Source: Octopus vulgaris
Lineage: Eukaryota
NCBI GenBank assembly: GCA_951406725.2
Contig: OX597817.1
Location: 103,974,001 to 104,038,000, forward strand
Length of the DNA: 64,000 bases
Direction: 5' to 3'
Shown: in pieces, positions 23,743 through 36,269 of the stretch
Layout of the letters: each line of letters begins with the position of its first letter
Position numbering within the stretch: the stretch's first letter is position 1
The notes under the pieces: generated by a model
What the model was told of the DNA's origin: nothing
Seen by the model: the letters and a program-made list of their open reading frames with translations, nothing else
Database searches by the model: none
Program-made: the position numbers and the translations under genes

Positions 23743-25837
23743 CCAGAACAATCAAATCATTTACACATGTCAAATAAACCTTATTTTCATTTACATATTT
23801 TCTACATTACCTCAATAACCAGCTATAGTTATTTTAAATACACTTCTCTACAATGACCATTACAAAATGAAAATAGTTTCACACTTTCAATTTAACCAAA
23901 ATTACAAAATGTTGCATTATGTGAACAATGATGTGTGAATATTGAAAGTAATGTTTCTCCGAATTAGTCACATCTGTATTATAATAAAGAAAGCTGCTTA
24001 TTATCTATCTACCAAATAAACTATGTTTTTGATTCAACAACTCTTTCTTACAACTAAAATAACCATGGCAACTAGGTTGGGTCACACAATTTTGAGGTCA
24101 TTTTCAGACAATATTTTGATTTGCTTCTAATGTATCACTTTCATCTGATGTTTTACACATGCATAGAATTCTACTCAGACAAACATTTATGAAAATGTAC
24201 ACTTATTGTATTAAAATAAGCCACAACCAAAAAAATTGCATTAAAAGACATCTATTTTTCTATATGTTATGAGGAAATACAGCCTTTCTCTCTCTCTCTC
24301 ATGCACAAAAAAGATGTATGCATATGTATTTATGGGTGAAGATCAAGACTACACACTCTCGGTGTATCTGAAAGATAATGTGTGTGTGTGTGTGAGAGAG
24401 AGAGCAAATGAGTGCCACTTGCACATACATGCAAAAAATTTCATATGTCACAACACACACCTTCACTCACTCTCTTTTCTCTCTCTCTCTCTCTCACACA
24501 CACACATCCATTTCATTTACACGTACATCTTACAATTTATCCTCTTTCAATTTCTCCTCTCTTCAAAGCATACAGAAATTAAAACAATTTTATGGAAATT
24601 AACAGTCATATGATCCCATATATGTTTAGTTGACAACTTTGCTTCTTCAAATGAAAGAATGCCATAAAATAACTTCCTTTGACACACACACACATGCATA
24701 CACACACTCTAGGTAAAACTTTTGTGCGAATTATGTTAATTCTTGCAGCGTGCACATGCAGATTTACAGCTCAAACCCAACTGAAATGATCTTTTTCTAT
24801 TGTATAATTTGTGTTTGCGATGAGCATATTTAAAAACCTGATCTTCAATATAAACTTAAAAGGAAGTTTTCCCAGAAATCCTGACCTTTACCTCTTCTTG
24901 TTAGCATGTCCGAGGTGACATTTCCACCTGCCTATTTTTTTTCCTAAATTTCTTCCAATTCCTATGTTTGCGATACAGGACATTAGGATTTCACCCACAA
25001 AATACATTCTCAATATTTAAATTTTCTCCCTCTCCACACCAAATTCATCTTTTACTTTTTCAAATTTTTATTCTTGATAACTCATGGAGAAAAAACAGAG
25101 ACTACGAATCTCTCAGAATTTTACTCATCACCTCACCACTTTCAAAATGCTACATACTCCCAATGTTACACTTTTAGCTTTTTGGAAAGCAAGGAAGTTT
25201 CTTCAGAAATAATGTCGTTTACCTGTTGTTTCTAGCTTGCTGGGTTTTCTGGTGGTGGTCTGGTATTTTTTAAGTCTGCTATTTCAGTAGAATTCTACGC
25301 ATGTGGGAAACATCAGACAAAAGTAAAAGACTGGGAGATTTTAGTTTTTGAAAGCTGGTAGGTGATGGATGAGCGAGGTGGGAGAAGAGGCATTGAGTGT
25401 TTTTTAAGAAAAATTAAACTTTAAAAAATATATATATTTCCCAGATTCATAATCTCTGTATTTTTCTATGTAGATAACAAATGAAAAAAGAATTTGAAAA
25501 AGTTACAAATTAAGAAATTGTGTTGGGGATAGAGGGAAATTAAAATTTTGAAAATGTAATTTCTGGACAAAATCGTATTAACCCCCTTTTATATAATGAA
25601 ACAATGCATAGTTTCTGATCCTTCTTAAGAACAGAAAGCACTTTCATGTAAACCCTTGCAAATTGTGCCCTCACCCTTCACTATTAAATAAAAAATAACT
25701 TCCATTATTCAATTAACTATATATCAGCTGTGCCAATTCTGCCCATAAGATAGAAGCAAATAATACAATGTGTGTGTAGGTCATAACACCCTGGCAACGC
25801 TGCGATGCATTGCTAGTATGTATGTGTGTATATATGT

Positions 25838-27520
25838 GTTGGTAGACTCAACAGGCGTATCGATTGAGGACCCTTATCAACAGAGTCAATTATTTGCCGA
25901 GGCTTTTTCAACTATTTTCAAACAAGATGATGGTCGTGAACCCCCTCCATTTGATAGATCGGTACCTCCAATGCCTAGATTGGTCATCACGTGGGACGAA
26001 GTCAAACATGTTATTCAAGGCCTAGATGTCAACAAGGGTCACGGCCCTGACGGCATACACCCACAGGTTATCAAAGCGTTGGCTCCGGTCATCTGCGAGC
26101 CCTTAACACGTCTATTCAATATGTCATTGGCGACGGGTGTTATACCTGCAGACTGGAGAACAGCGATAATCTGCCCAATTTTCAAGAAAGGGAGCCGCGA
26201 AGACCCGCTTAACTACCGACCGGTTTCCCTTACATCAATAATCAGCAAGATGTTCGAAACCATCCTTAAGAAAAGTATGATGCTCCACCTCCAAAACACA
26301 GCCTCTATCTCTGATTCCCAACACGGCTTCGTGCCGAAGAGATCATGCTTGACCAACTTACTGGAAATGGAAGAATTGGTGACGCGCATCCTTGATGATA
26401 GTGATACTGTTGACATCGTTTTATTGGACTTTGCCAAAGCTTTTGACTCGGTAAACCACCGCCTATTACTTGTCAAGCTTCAAGCATATAGTTTCCATCC
26501 GAATATTGTACGATGGGTTGGTGCCTTCCTCTCAAATCGCTCCTTCCAAGTCCAAGTTAATGGTTCGCGGTCCAACATCTCCAGTGCAAGCAGTGGCGTG
26601 CCTCAAGGTTCAGTGCTTGGGCCCTTATTGTTCTTAGTCTTCATAAATGACTTGCCCGACGACCTCACGCAACACACCCTTCTATTTGCCGACGATATCA
26701 AACTGGTTGCTCCTCGCGGTGATATAGAGGATCTTCGTCGATGCCTCCACCAAATTTGGAAGTGGTCTAACGAATGGGACCTGTGTCTGAACGTGTCAAA
26801 GTGCTGTCATCTGCCTGTTGGCTCTCCTCCTGCAACTCAACTTGATTTCGAGCCGGGTCATCTGCTGCTGGAGAGGACCGATCAGGTAAAGGACCTGGGT
26901 ATCTTGGTGGATTCCTCCTTTTCGCCTTCGGCCCAGTGCGTCCATGCTGCCAACAAAGCACGCGGAATTCTGTTCTTGATTCGACGGTCATTCGGAATGC
27001 TCACAGCAGCCATATTCCTACCACTCTATGTCACGCTGGTGACCCATATTGGAGTACGGGATTCAAGCCTCCTCTCCTTATCTCCTCAAAGACATACAGC
27101 ATCTCGAAAGAGTCCAGAAGCTGGCTACCCGCATGGTTCATGGTCTCAAAAATTTGTCCTATGAAGAAAGGCTGAGGACGCTCGACCTTTATTCTCTTGA
27201 AAAACGCCGCCGCCGTGGTGATCTCATTCTCGCCCACAACATCATAAGCGGAAAGTGTAACCTCTCGAAAGAGCTGTTCTTCACTCCTGCTCCAAAGCTC
27301 TACCTGCGACGATTTCATCTCAATCGAAGGAGAGGAGCTTTCTCCATCCGGGTTGCGGATCCGTGGAACAAGCTGCCAAACGAGATGGTGAAGATGCCGA
27401 CGACCGCTTTGTTCAAAGCCTCCCTTGACCTCAAGTGGCCTGAACTCTTTACATGAACACCACCCTGTACTTAACTCCATGTCCCCCTACATGGCCTTGC
27501 TATTTTCTTTTGAGACAAAT

Positions 27521-27533
<13 letters not shown>
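25838..27533 (+). mobile_element. CR1/L2-group LINE, 5'-truncated, near-intact RT
   Basis: ORF with GPDGIHP, PIFKKG..NYRPVSLTS, QHGF, LDFAKAFDSV, SGVPQGSVLGPLLF and LFADD. One frameshift at ~27045 leads into LERVQKLATR...RRRRGDLI...WNKLP, with a stop at 27456. (TAAC)n tail. Confidence 0.93.
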
Positions 27534-27564
<31 letters not shown>

Positions 27565-27649
27565 GAAATTTGATCTGATTTCCCTACATGTTTAGATAGA
27601 TTGATAAATAAATAGATAGATGCATACATACACACATTCTCAGTTATAT

Positions 27650-27925
27650 ATATATAACTGAGAATGTGTGTCTGTGTGCATCACTAAAACTCGAAAACTA
27701 CCCAACCAATTTCATTCAAATTTTACACATGCTTTACTTAGGGTCCATGCAATGCCATAAGTGAAAAAAATTTTCAATTTCTTGCCTAATGCAAGCCCGG
27801 AGCAACCTCTTATCTCTTACACTATTTCAGTATTACGTGTCAAAAGTGAAACAATAACATTTTTATTGTAATGTGAGATAATACTTTCAGATTTAATAGT
27901 TTAACTATTAATACTTTCACTATGT
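27650..27925 (+). mobile_element. Non-autonomous Helitron-type 5' fragment
   Basis: TATATATAACTGAGAATGTGTGTCTGTGTG...CCAATTTCATTCAAATTTTACAC, the same layout as the other Helitron heads. Confidence 0.55.
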
Positions 27926-27926
27926 C

Positions 27927-27959
<33 letters not shown>

Positions 27960-27991
27960 TATCAAAATAAACAACAGGATATCAAATAGTG

Positions 27992-28079
27992 ATGCAGTAC
28001 AACCATTTCAAGTGGTTCCATTTAATTGAACAATGCAATCATTACATCAATTTAAATGCAGTGGCATCTTCAGCTGCAC
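27992..28079 (-). ncRNA. Hammerhead-like motif with extended stem II (possibly inactive)
   Basis: Minus strand: GTGCAG-CTGAAGA-[57 nt with a CATTTAAATTGA/TCAATTAAATG hairpin]-GAAA-TGGTTG-TA^-CTGCAT. The base of stem II does not pair well. Confidence 0.55.
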
Positions 28080-29399
28080 AAACAAATAGAATTTGAACAA
28101 GTAGGACACAGTAATATAATTTTTTGCAAATATTTTAACAGAGCAACAAGATGGAAGAAATTCATGGTGTCACTATTGTAGCTAAGAATAGACTACACTG
28201 CCAAGAATCACATGAAGCCTATTGGGATCATAGTGTAAGGAATTGTAATTCATTTCTAATTCATTTATCTCTTTATCAACTACTAAATCTAAGACTAGAA
28301 GACTGTGTCTATTTTGAATAAAGAAGAAGAGTAAGTTGACAGCTCATGGCTAGGTATGGTGATAAATATTAACATATGTATCCCTTTTCCTCAGGGAGGA
28401 AATAAGACATTAGTAGTCAGTTGGATATAAGTAACTGTCTATAAAAAGAGGAAGGGTAGGCACAGACTTTAAATCATAATGTTAATTACCAGTTAAATGG
28501 GTAAAACACTAAGAAACTTAAAAAGTTAATACAGAGCAAATTTTATTTTGGGGTACTATGGGTGATTGTTTATAAACAATATTGTTATGTTGTATAAAAA
28601 TAAAATTTAAGAATTTCAAAAATGATATCATGACCAAGATACGTAAAAGGTGCGTACATATCAATTATAAACATTAAAAAGGAAAGAGTACATAGAATTA
28701 GTTTAATATTCATTTATGTGCTTAATTAATTACTTATTAGGTGGTTTCTATAAAGACTGCTCAGGACATTTACTTATGGAATAACTGGAAAGATATACAT
28801 AGTAAAGATGCATATAGATACACACACATTAATATATGCATATATACACATACACAAATATTTATGCATTTATATGGATATAGTATAACCATCTCACATA
28901 GACTTAAGTAACTGAAAAATATCTATTTAAGAACAAGAAAAATAACAATTTATAAGGGATAAGAAAGTGAAGATATCAAAATAAGAAAACAAAATAATAA
29001 GATACATATAACCTACATATAAAGAGACAAGGGATTAAAAATTAGAGGTAGGGAAGAGATAAAGGTAACCCAAAAAGAGGGGGTAATAGGTATAGAAGTA
29101 GTGAGGACAGTTAAAGGTATCCAGACCAAAGAGATTTTATAAGGTGTAATGTTACAGGTGCTATTGTATGTATGATTTTATCGTTTCTAGGAGGTATATG
29201 ATTTAGTCGAAAGGAGACTTTTTTACATAAAGTCACTACAAATATACATAATATAATCAGTAGGGTAGAACATAAAAAGGAAAATAGTGTAATCACCAAA
29301 ATAGGATGAAGTCAGGCTAACTAGGCAAGGGTTATCATGGGATAGTATTATATATAGCACACCACATAACATAACATCAAGTTATCTTGGATACATTAA

Positions 29400-30335
29400 A
29401 AAAGTATACACATCTCCAAAGTTCATCCTTCTACGAGGATAATGGTCTTACAATTTTGAATCATGGATAAGTCCCAAAAGAAACTTATAAACATCCTCAA
29501 AGAATTTGGCCTAACAATAACTGAGCACCAACTTAAACTACTCCAAAAGAAAGCATGAGGAAACTGTTTAGATCGATAGAAACTCCAACCACTCCCTAGC
29601 CATAATTAAAAATCTAGTTATAGGCATCAATAGAATTTCCCATTAGCAGAAACATCTTCAACAGGACAGTACCCCATTATAACAGGGAACCAACAAGGGG
29701 TGGTTTCACTTTTTAATGTATGTGGAGAAACTCAAGACCCACCCACAAACCTGAAGAGAGAACTAGAAAAGTAATCTGGTTTAATCCATAATATAGAAGT
29801 TATGCCTAACCTAAATAAAAGCATCTTGACCATAATTAGAGAGTATTTCTCAGAAAGTCTTAGGTATAGACTCTTTAATTTCCCTAAGGACAAGGTTAGT
29901 TACTGATGCTTAGATAATATGACTTCCAGCATTGCATGCTACATCAGAAACATGCACCCACCCTCATCTGTAACTGTTGAAATTCCACAAACTGTCCGTT
30001 GGAAGGATCCGTTTTTTCAAAGACTGATCTATAGAGCTCTCTTTATACCATCCAATGACCTCATAAGACATTACACAAGCATAACAGCTAATGATTTCAA
30101 AGGAAGGTTTATGCAGCACAAGTATTCTTTCAAGTGGAGAGTCAAGGAAAAACTTCACCTTCTTCTCCTGCTTAATCTAGAGACTTTAGGAGTGAGAAAA
30201 TGACTTTCCTAACATTACATAAAGATTTTTGGTAGCCCCCTCAACCCACCTGAAGTTCATAATTGTCAACTCTGCTTCAGAAACTGCACACATTGCAACA
30301 GACTGAATGATCCATCAACTGAATAAATGATTGAT
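29400..30335 (+). mobile_element. Degraded Penelope-like ORF (RT thumb, linker, GIY-YIG)
   Basis: Fragments NSNH..AIIKN, RKVIWFNP, KVSY, LIYRA and YTSITANDFKGRFMQHKYSFK resemble PLE WFNPP / KVSYS / GIY-YIG...FK.R...H..SF motifs. Confidence 0.7.
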
Positions 30336-30439
30336 TCAACTGTTGTCACTAATGATATGCCCTCAATTATTCTCTCAATCATTGCCTTTTTATAGTGTTC
30401 TATGATCTGGTTAGACTAAAACATACTGTTCTACTCCAC

Positions 30440-31126
30440 TAGGCTTGTTTTATTTTGCATTTTAAAATAGTAAAGTGAAATGGAGATTTTTCTTTGAGAA
30501 TGGAAATGCCCTATGAATGAGCATTTTTGCAATAAATTTACCGAAGCATTTACTTACTTGACAGATATTTTTTCTCGTGTAAATCAGCTGAAAATTCAAA
30601 TGCAAGGAATGAGTTACTATTATTGATGCACAAGATAACGTGTGTAACTTTTGAAATCTGGTTGCTTTAAAAACCAACATCAATGATTATTTTGATATGG
30701 TCAATAATATCACTGCTCAGATAATCCATCCCTTCAAAACCAGATTGGAAGACATGATGATAACTTGTGAAAAGATGAAATAATTGATCTTCAATCTTCA
30801 ATTCTTTGTAACAAATTTATTTCTTGCAACGGAAACTTTTGTTGTTGATTAAGAAAAAGGTTTCCTTTGATGATAATGCAAGCTACTGAAATTATTGTAC
30901 CATTTGCAAATCTTCGTATATGGGAGAGTTTTTAATATTTGTAGCAATCAAAATGAATCAAAACCATCAGTTAGTTTGCAACAACATGAGGCTTCCTCTT
31001 TATCAACTGTTTTATTACAGTACAAGTATAAACTCAAGTTACTGAATAAAACAGTAGGGGTAAATATGCAGTAAAGAAAAAAGTGGGTAGGAAGTAAATG
31101 GAACAAAAACAAGTCAGAAATTCCTG
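30440..31126 (+). mobile_element. hAT (Buster/Charlie-like) transposase C-terminal remnant
   Basis: FTYLTDIFSRVNQLKIQMQG resembles the LAYL.DIF..LN.LN..LQG motif. Later IIVPFA. A TIR-like end AAGTCAGAAATTCCTG is present. Confidence 0.6.
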
Positions 31127-31139
31127 CATCAAGATAAAG

Positions 31140-31145
31140 TTTATT
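31140..31145 (-). terminator. Probable CDC45 polyadenylation signal (AATAAA)
   Basis: TTTATT on the plus strand, about 140 nt downstream of the stop codon. Confidence 0.55.
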
Positions 31146-31285
31146 TTTTCATATATCATACAAATGCTGAATCATAAAAACAATGATGTGAATAATGATA
31201 AAGGATTAAAATGTTTTGTACAACTTTCAGGATCAACAGATAACATCACACTATCATCATGGATGTAATGTTCAGTTTCCTCTTT

Positions 31286-31350
31286 TTACTGCAATATATT
31301 AATCAGAGCATCGAAAAACTTCTCTTTGTCTTCAGTGTTTATTAGTAAAA
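31286..31350 (-). CDS. CDC45: CDC45 last coding exon (65 nt)
   Basis: (I)LLINTEDKEKFFDALINILQ*, similar to the vertebrate CDC45 C-terminus [20 protein letters not shown]. Acceptor TTTTCAG. Confidence 0.93.
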
Positions 31351-33098
31351 CTGAAAAGAAAGTACTTTTTTAAAAAAATATGAACTCAAGAACATAAAAA
31401 AAAACAGCGTATCAAGTTTAAAACAAAGAACTACATAAGAAAGTGAAGAGGAATACCAAGCACTGTATCAATATTGAGATAATGTTTTTCTTTTTTCCCT
31501 ATATACTAACATAAGCACTCTGGTGTGAATAAAGATACAGGACTTATAAACAACTCTACAGTGCTTTCATTGTAATAGAGAATGCCTTTGACAGACCCTT
31601 TTTTTTGGTATCACTCAATGTTTCTACAATACAATCATACTGCAAGCAGGTGTTATGATAAACACACCATGCTCCACATTCTGGGTGGTATTATGGCATT
31701 CAAGTCACTAGTCATTTTTGATGTCCTGCCTCCCCTATATATATTGTTATGATGACCTAAGATAAAAAGTTTCCTAGCTGAGGTTCATCACTCAATGGCA
31801 TTAGGACCTGAGACAGCTGACTTATCAGTTGTCATATAATCGCACAAATGGAATTTTGAGAGGCCCATTCAAGACTATGGACATTAAGTTGTATTAAACT
31901 AAACTAAAAATGCAGTAGGTAACCACAAACCATGGACTTCCCAGCCCACCTCCAGAGAATGCTTCTGTTACTTTAGAAACCTGTAAAAGTCTACAAAATT
32001 TGAGAAAAAGTCTATAGAATAATTCAATCATCATCATCGTCATTTAATATTCACTTTCCATGCTGGCATGGGTTGGATAGTTTGACTGAGGACTGGTGAG
32101 CCAGAGGCTGTACCAGGCTCAGTCTGATCTGGCATTGACTAAAAACTTTACTTTACACACCACTTCCTACTAACATATAAAACACATGTTCTTTTGTTTA
32201 TTACAAGTACTCACAAGGCTTTTGTTGACCCATTGCTGTTGTAGACAAACACTTTCTCTAAATGCTACACAGAAGGACTGATCCCCAAACCATATGATTG
32301 GGGAGCAAACTTCTTTACCACATGGTTATCCTTTTCATTTTAATGTCTACTTTTCCATGCCTGGTAAGAGTTTACTGAGGCAAATTTTCTACAGCCAGAT
32401 GCTTTTGCTATCACCAATCCTCAAGCAAAGTAATATTTCCCTATGGCCAAATATGCTTTCACAGAATATTAGAAAAGTGACACTGCTTGTATGACTGCAA
32501 CACAAGAAGAAACAAACACATACACTTTCCATCACCCAAATTCATTCACAAGACCTTGATTGACCTAGAACTAAAACAGATGATACTTGACAAAAGGTAC
32601 CATGTACTAGGACTGAACCAAATGTGGTTGGGAAGCAAACTTCTTAAACACAGAGTTATATCAATATGTACATATATTACATAATATATATTAGGAAATT
32701 CTGGAATATGTATGTATAGGTGGATAGGTAGGCACATAGGTAAGTATATAGATTCCTTAATGCCATTACATTTGAAAGATTCATATTATCAATTTAACCT
32801 TTGAGCTGTCCAAAAATTAGTATGTGTACCTTAATGAAATAAAACAATTCTAGGCAATTTATAAGTTGTTGAATCAGGGCTAACTGTGGTTCTGCAATGA
32901 GAATTTACAGAGGTATTTGAATAGCTTTGCTGATAAAGCAGTGACAGATAGTTGGCAGTCTGAGTTCAGGACTTGACAACTTTGACAAATAAAAGGTCAA
33001 AAATAGAAATCCATGGTGGTGGGTTTTAATATATTGCTTAGATTCAAAACTATTCAAACATTCCTCCACTCAGTCATTAGCAGAAAATAATAACTTAC

Positions 33099-33175
33099 TG
33101 AAGTTGTCAAAATGGTTGTGTAATATCCGAGAATTTGTAGCCAAAGCTGCTTGTTCAAATGCCTTTCCAAAAAAA
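33099..33175 (-). CDS. CDC45: CDC45 exon (77 nt)
   Basis: (N)FFGKAFEQAALATNSRILHNHFDNF, compared with human [26 protein letters not shown]. TTCAG / GTAAGT. Confidence 0.95.
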
Positions 33176-34061
33176 CTGAAATGAGAAAGAAATCACCCTC
33201 AAAATACTATTTTATGTCTTAATTGTTCTACTTTTATTCCTCTGACACTCAAGATAAAAAATAAGTCTGGCCTGAAATTTATTTTCAGTTTCTAGCGTTT
33301 TTAACCAAAGAGGTTGTTACACCAGCACCCCAGGCTAAAAACACAAGCAATTTAGATAAGTATTAATCAAACGTTTTTATATACACACACAACCACATAA
33401 AATGATAACAGACATTATCAAAAGGAAGGAAGGTAGGTAGGTAAGTAAAAAATATCACATTCAGTTAGTTTTGATGAATCCAAAATCACTGTAGAACCTA
33501 ATTTCATTAATAAAAGAGGCAGTACATATTTTAACTAAGAACTTAATTAGTATAATCTTACTGATTTTAGTCTAATATAAATAGAAGTTTATTACGATAA
33601 ATACAATATTAACTCAGAATTTAATTAGTTAACCTATATATAACTTTGCTTCTAAGCTTGGAATTTCTTTTTGTTTGACAGATTCGGCTCTGAGAACTAG
33701 GTCATCAATATACAGAAGTTCCCATTTAAACTTGTCATACCAGGCCCAAATATTCTACCTGTTTTATGTTGAACTTAGCCAGATCTGACTTCCCACACCT
33801 ACCCTACAATGTCATTCTCAAAAACCCACATCATCAACATCTCAAAACAAAAATAATAATACATGATTAACTCAGAACAATGTGAATAAATGAGCTTTAC
33901 TTTTGACAGAGTAATGCAAATGCTAAAGGGGTAAGCTCCTGTGTTATGGTATGGAGAACACTTTTTAATAATAGAGCTGCGTAATCATAGATAACCTGGT
34001 TATTCTCATTGATTAACATGCCAAAGTGAGGAATTAGATATCACATCACATCAGATAATAA

Positions 34062-34386
34062 AGACCCCCTTCGGTCATGAATAACCATGGGATTGTACCT
34101 AGAAAGTTACCCTCTGAGGCACAAGTCCGAGCAAGGTTATTTTGTGGAAGACTGGCAGTTGTTCATACCAGCCTCTCCTCTCCACACCACCGTTGTTATC
34201 CAAAGGAAAGACAAAGGCCAGTACAGCTTGTCACCAGTGACGTCACAACACATTTCTTCAGTTGAGTGAACTGGAGCTATGTGGAATAAAGTGTCTAGCT
34301 CAAGAACACAACACAGAGCCCGGTCTGAGAATCGAACTAACTACCTCATGATTGTGAGCCTGACGCTCTGAGCCATGAGCCTTCAG
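34062..34386 (-). mobile_element. tRNA-derived SINE, third family
   Basis: The minus strand has a tRNA-like head (...CTCACAATCATGAGGTAGTTAGTTCGATTC), then TGTGTTCTTGAGCTAGACACTTTATT and a unique tail. Confidence 0.7.
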
Positions 34387-34569
34387 GTAATAATTAATTG
34401 GGTTTTTTTTATATTTCATATGTAACATCAGAAATTAAAAGAAACTATAATGAATGCCTTTAAGTAAAATTTGCTACAACAAATTTTTGATAGCAAGAGA
34501 AAAGAATGAGAAGCTGACTTAGCTGTGTTAAGAACAAACATTATATGAAAAAGAAACTAAGTTTCTTAC

Positions 34570-34685
34570 TTTCTTTGATCATCTAAATTCAAGGGTGGAA
34601 TTCCAATAACTATAGAAATATGTTGGTCAATGTTGTATGGTGCACACAATATCATCGGAAGATATCGAGCTTTTTTACTGGGTCT
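34570..34685 (-). CDS. CDC45: CDC45 exon (116 nt)
   Basis: RPSKKARYLPMILCAPYNIDQHISIVIGIPPLNLDDQR contains the LP.....P...V.GIPP motif. TTTCAG / GTAAGA. Confidence 0.93.
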
Positions 34686-35800
34686 CTGAAATAGAAAAAC
34701 AATCTTTTTATTAAATAAAAAGAGACAATCATACATTTTACATCATGCACATACATTTTAGGGTCATAAGTGATATGTGAAAAGATGCTTAATCTTTTTG
34801 ACCTTTGGTTCCATGCTAATGAGTCTCTCATTTTAAAGTGGTCATATTTAGATTATCATAATTTTATGCAAGAACCTGTTTACAAACATTTTTTTCTTCT
34901 TGACCTGTATTTTTCTAGGCTTAATTGTTGCTTGTCCTGTTCTTTTCCAGGTTCACTACTTAAGAATATTCTAGGATTCTACACCTGTATCTTCCCTTCT
35001 AGTATATAATATAGCAAAATAAATTCCAACTATATTTTGACTTTGCCTGTTGTACCCAAATGTGGTAATTTCTAAACTTTGATAATGTAATAAAATATAG
35101 TAATTTCTTAGCCTCCTTAGTGCAGTTCCAGTTTGTGAAAATAATTTCAGTCATGACCTAAATTTGATATTCCAGTTAACTGCTGAGAAATATTCTCAGC
35201 TTGTAAACAAGTAGCTTCACCTTTCTACTTTTATAATAAAATAATAAACAAAACTAAAGATTATTACATTGTACAAAAATAGAAAGAGTAAGTTCAACTT
35301 CCTTTTTACTATTTTACAAGATTACATTCAGATATTTCTCTTTCTTATGGCATTTTATTACTTTCTTCCAGGTTTTCAAAATCCCTCCTTTCTTTTTTAA
35401 TGTATGATAAAACAAACATGAAAAAGAAACTTTCTTACCCGTATATCCATAATTTCTATCCATTTTTTCCCTTCTATGACATTTTGAAATGTCTTAGAAA
35501 ATACAGATCTATTTTCTGTATTAATACACTTAAAGGAGGCTTTACTGAATGTAGATATATGCCTATTGTCAAAATAAATTTTTTTATACTTGGATGTCTT
35601 TTCTATAGGTAAAATGTGGGAAACAGAAAAACATGAAAGCTAACACAAATATATAAAGAAATGAATAATTTGTATGTTTAATACATACTATGATTTGAGT
35701 TTGTTTCAACAGAGACAAAATTTTTTTTACCAAATATATATTTAAAAAGGAAAAAGTTTTTATCTTTTATTTGAAAAGGAAATAATTCTCAACAACTTAC

Positions 35801-35875
35801 ACCAGCTTCATAAGCTTCAAGAACAAATCTAGCCAACCTTTGCAAACACTGGGGTTTGTATGCATCAGAAGAACC
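35801..35875 (-). CDS. CDC45: CDC45 exon (75 nt)
   Basis: GSSDAYKPQCLQRLARFVLEAYEAG. Phase 0-0 fits the neighbours. Polypyrimidine TTTTAG / GTAAGT. Confidence 0.87.
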
Positions 35876-36269
35876 CTAAAAGAGAAAAAAAAACATGTCC
35901 ATTTTCAAAATTATACTGTATCATTTGAGTAAGATTTAGCTGCTGTTTCTTGCAAGTTAAGTGAGCGCATAACCTCCCTCTTATGGTATGTTGAGATGTG
36001 AAGTACCTCCTTCATCTATATTAAAGTTGTTGAGTTTTGCAACATTAAACCATTGCTGAGCTCATCCTCTTATGTGTGCTAAAGAAATAATAAAATCGCT
36101 TTTGTAACACATGTTTAAGATGCCTTGTTAACCTGCAATATATGAACCATCTCTTTCATAACTATTTGTTCTGCAAGAAGCAGGGATTAACTAAGACATC
36201 AATGTTTTGTGCACAGTTCATTTGAGTATATACAGTGAATATAGGTTGATTTCAATGCTAACAAACTAT

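Larger units (their letters stand above)
22048..25816 (+). mobile_element. Helitron derivative carrying a Rep/helicase fragment
   Basis: Starts TCTATAACTATAAAAAAG directly after the previous CTAG. Ends CCCTGGCAACGCTGCG...TGCTAG|T (3' hairpin plus CTAG). Contains the Rep-like fragment at 23277-23546. Confidence 0.65.

Noticed and set aside
25770-25837. N-terminus of the 464-aa ORF as a real start
   Set aside because: It reads through the Helitron end and microsatellite; the LINE is 5'-truncated.
25838-27456. Bacterial retron/group II RT or contamination
   Set aside because: The motifs and C-terminus are those of non-LTR retrotransposons, with a tandem-repeat tail and host-type flanks.
34870-35215. 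Possible additional foldback
   Set aside because: Only short complementary patches (TGTTTACAA/TTGTAAACA) were seen; too weak to call by eye.
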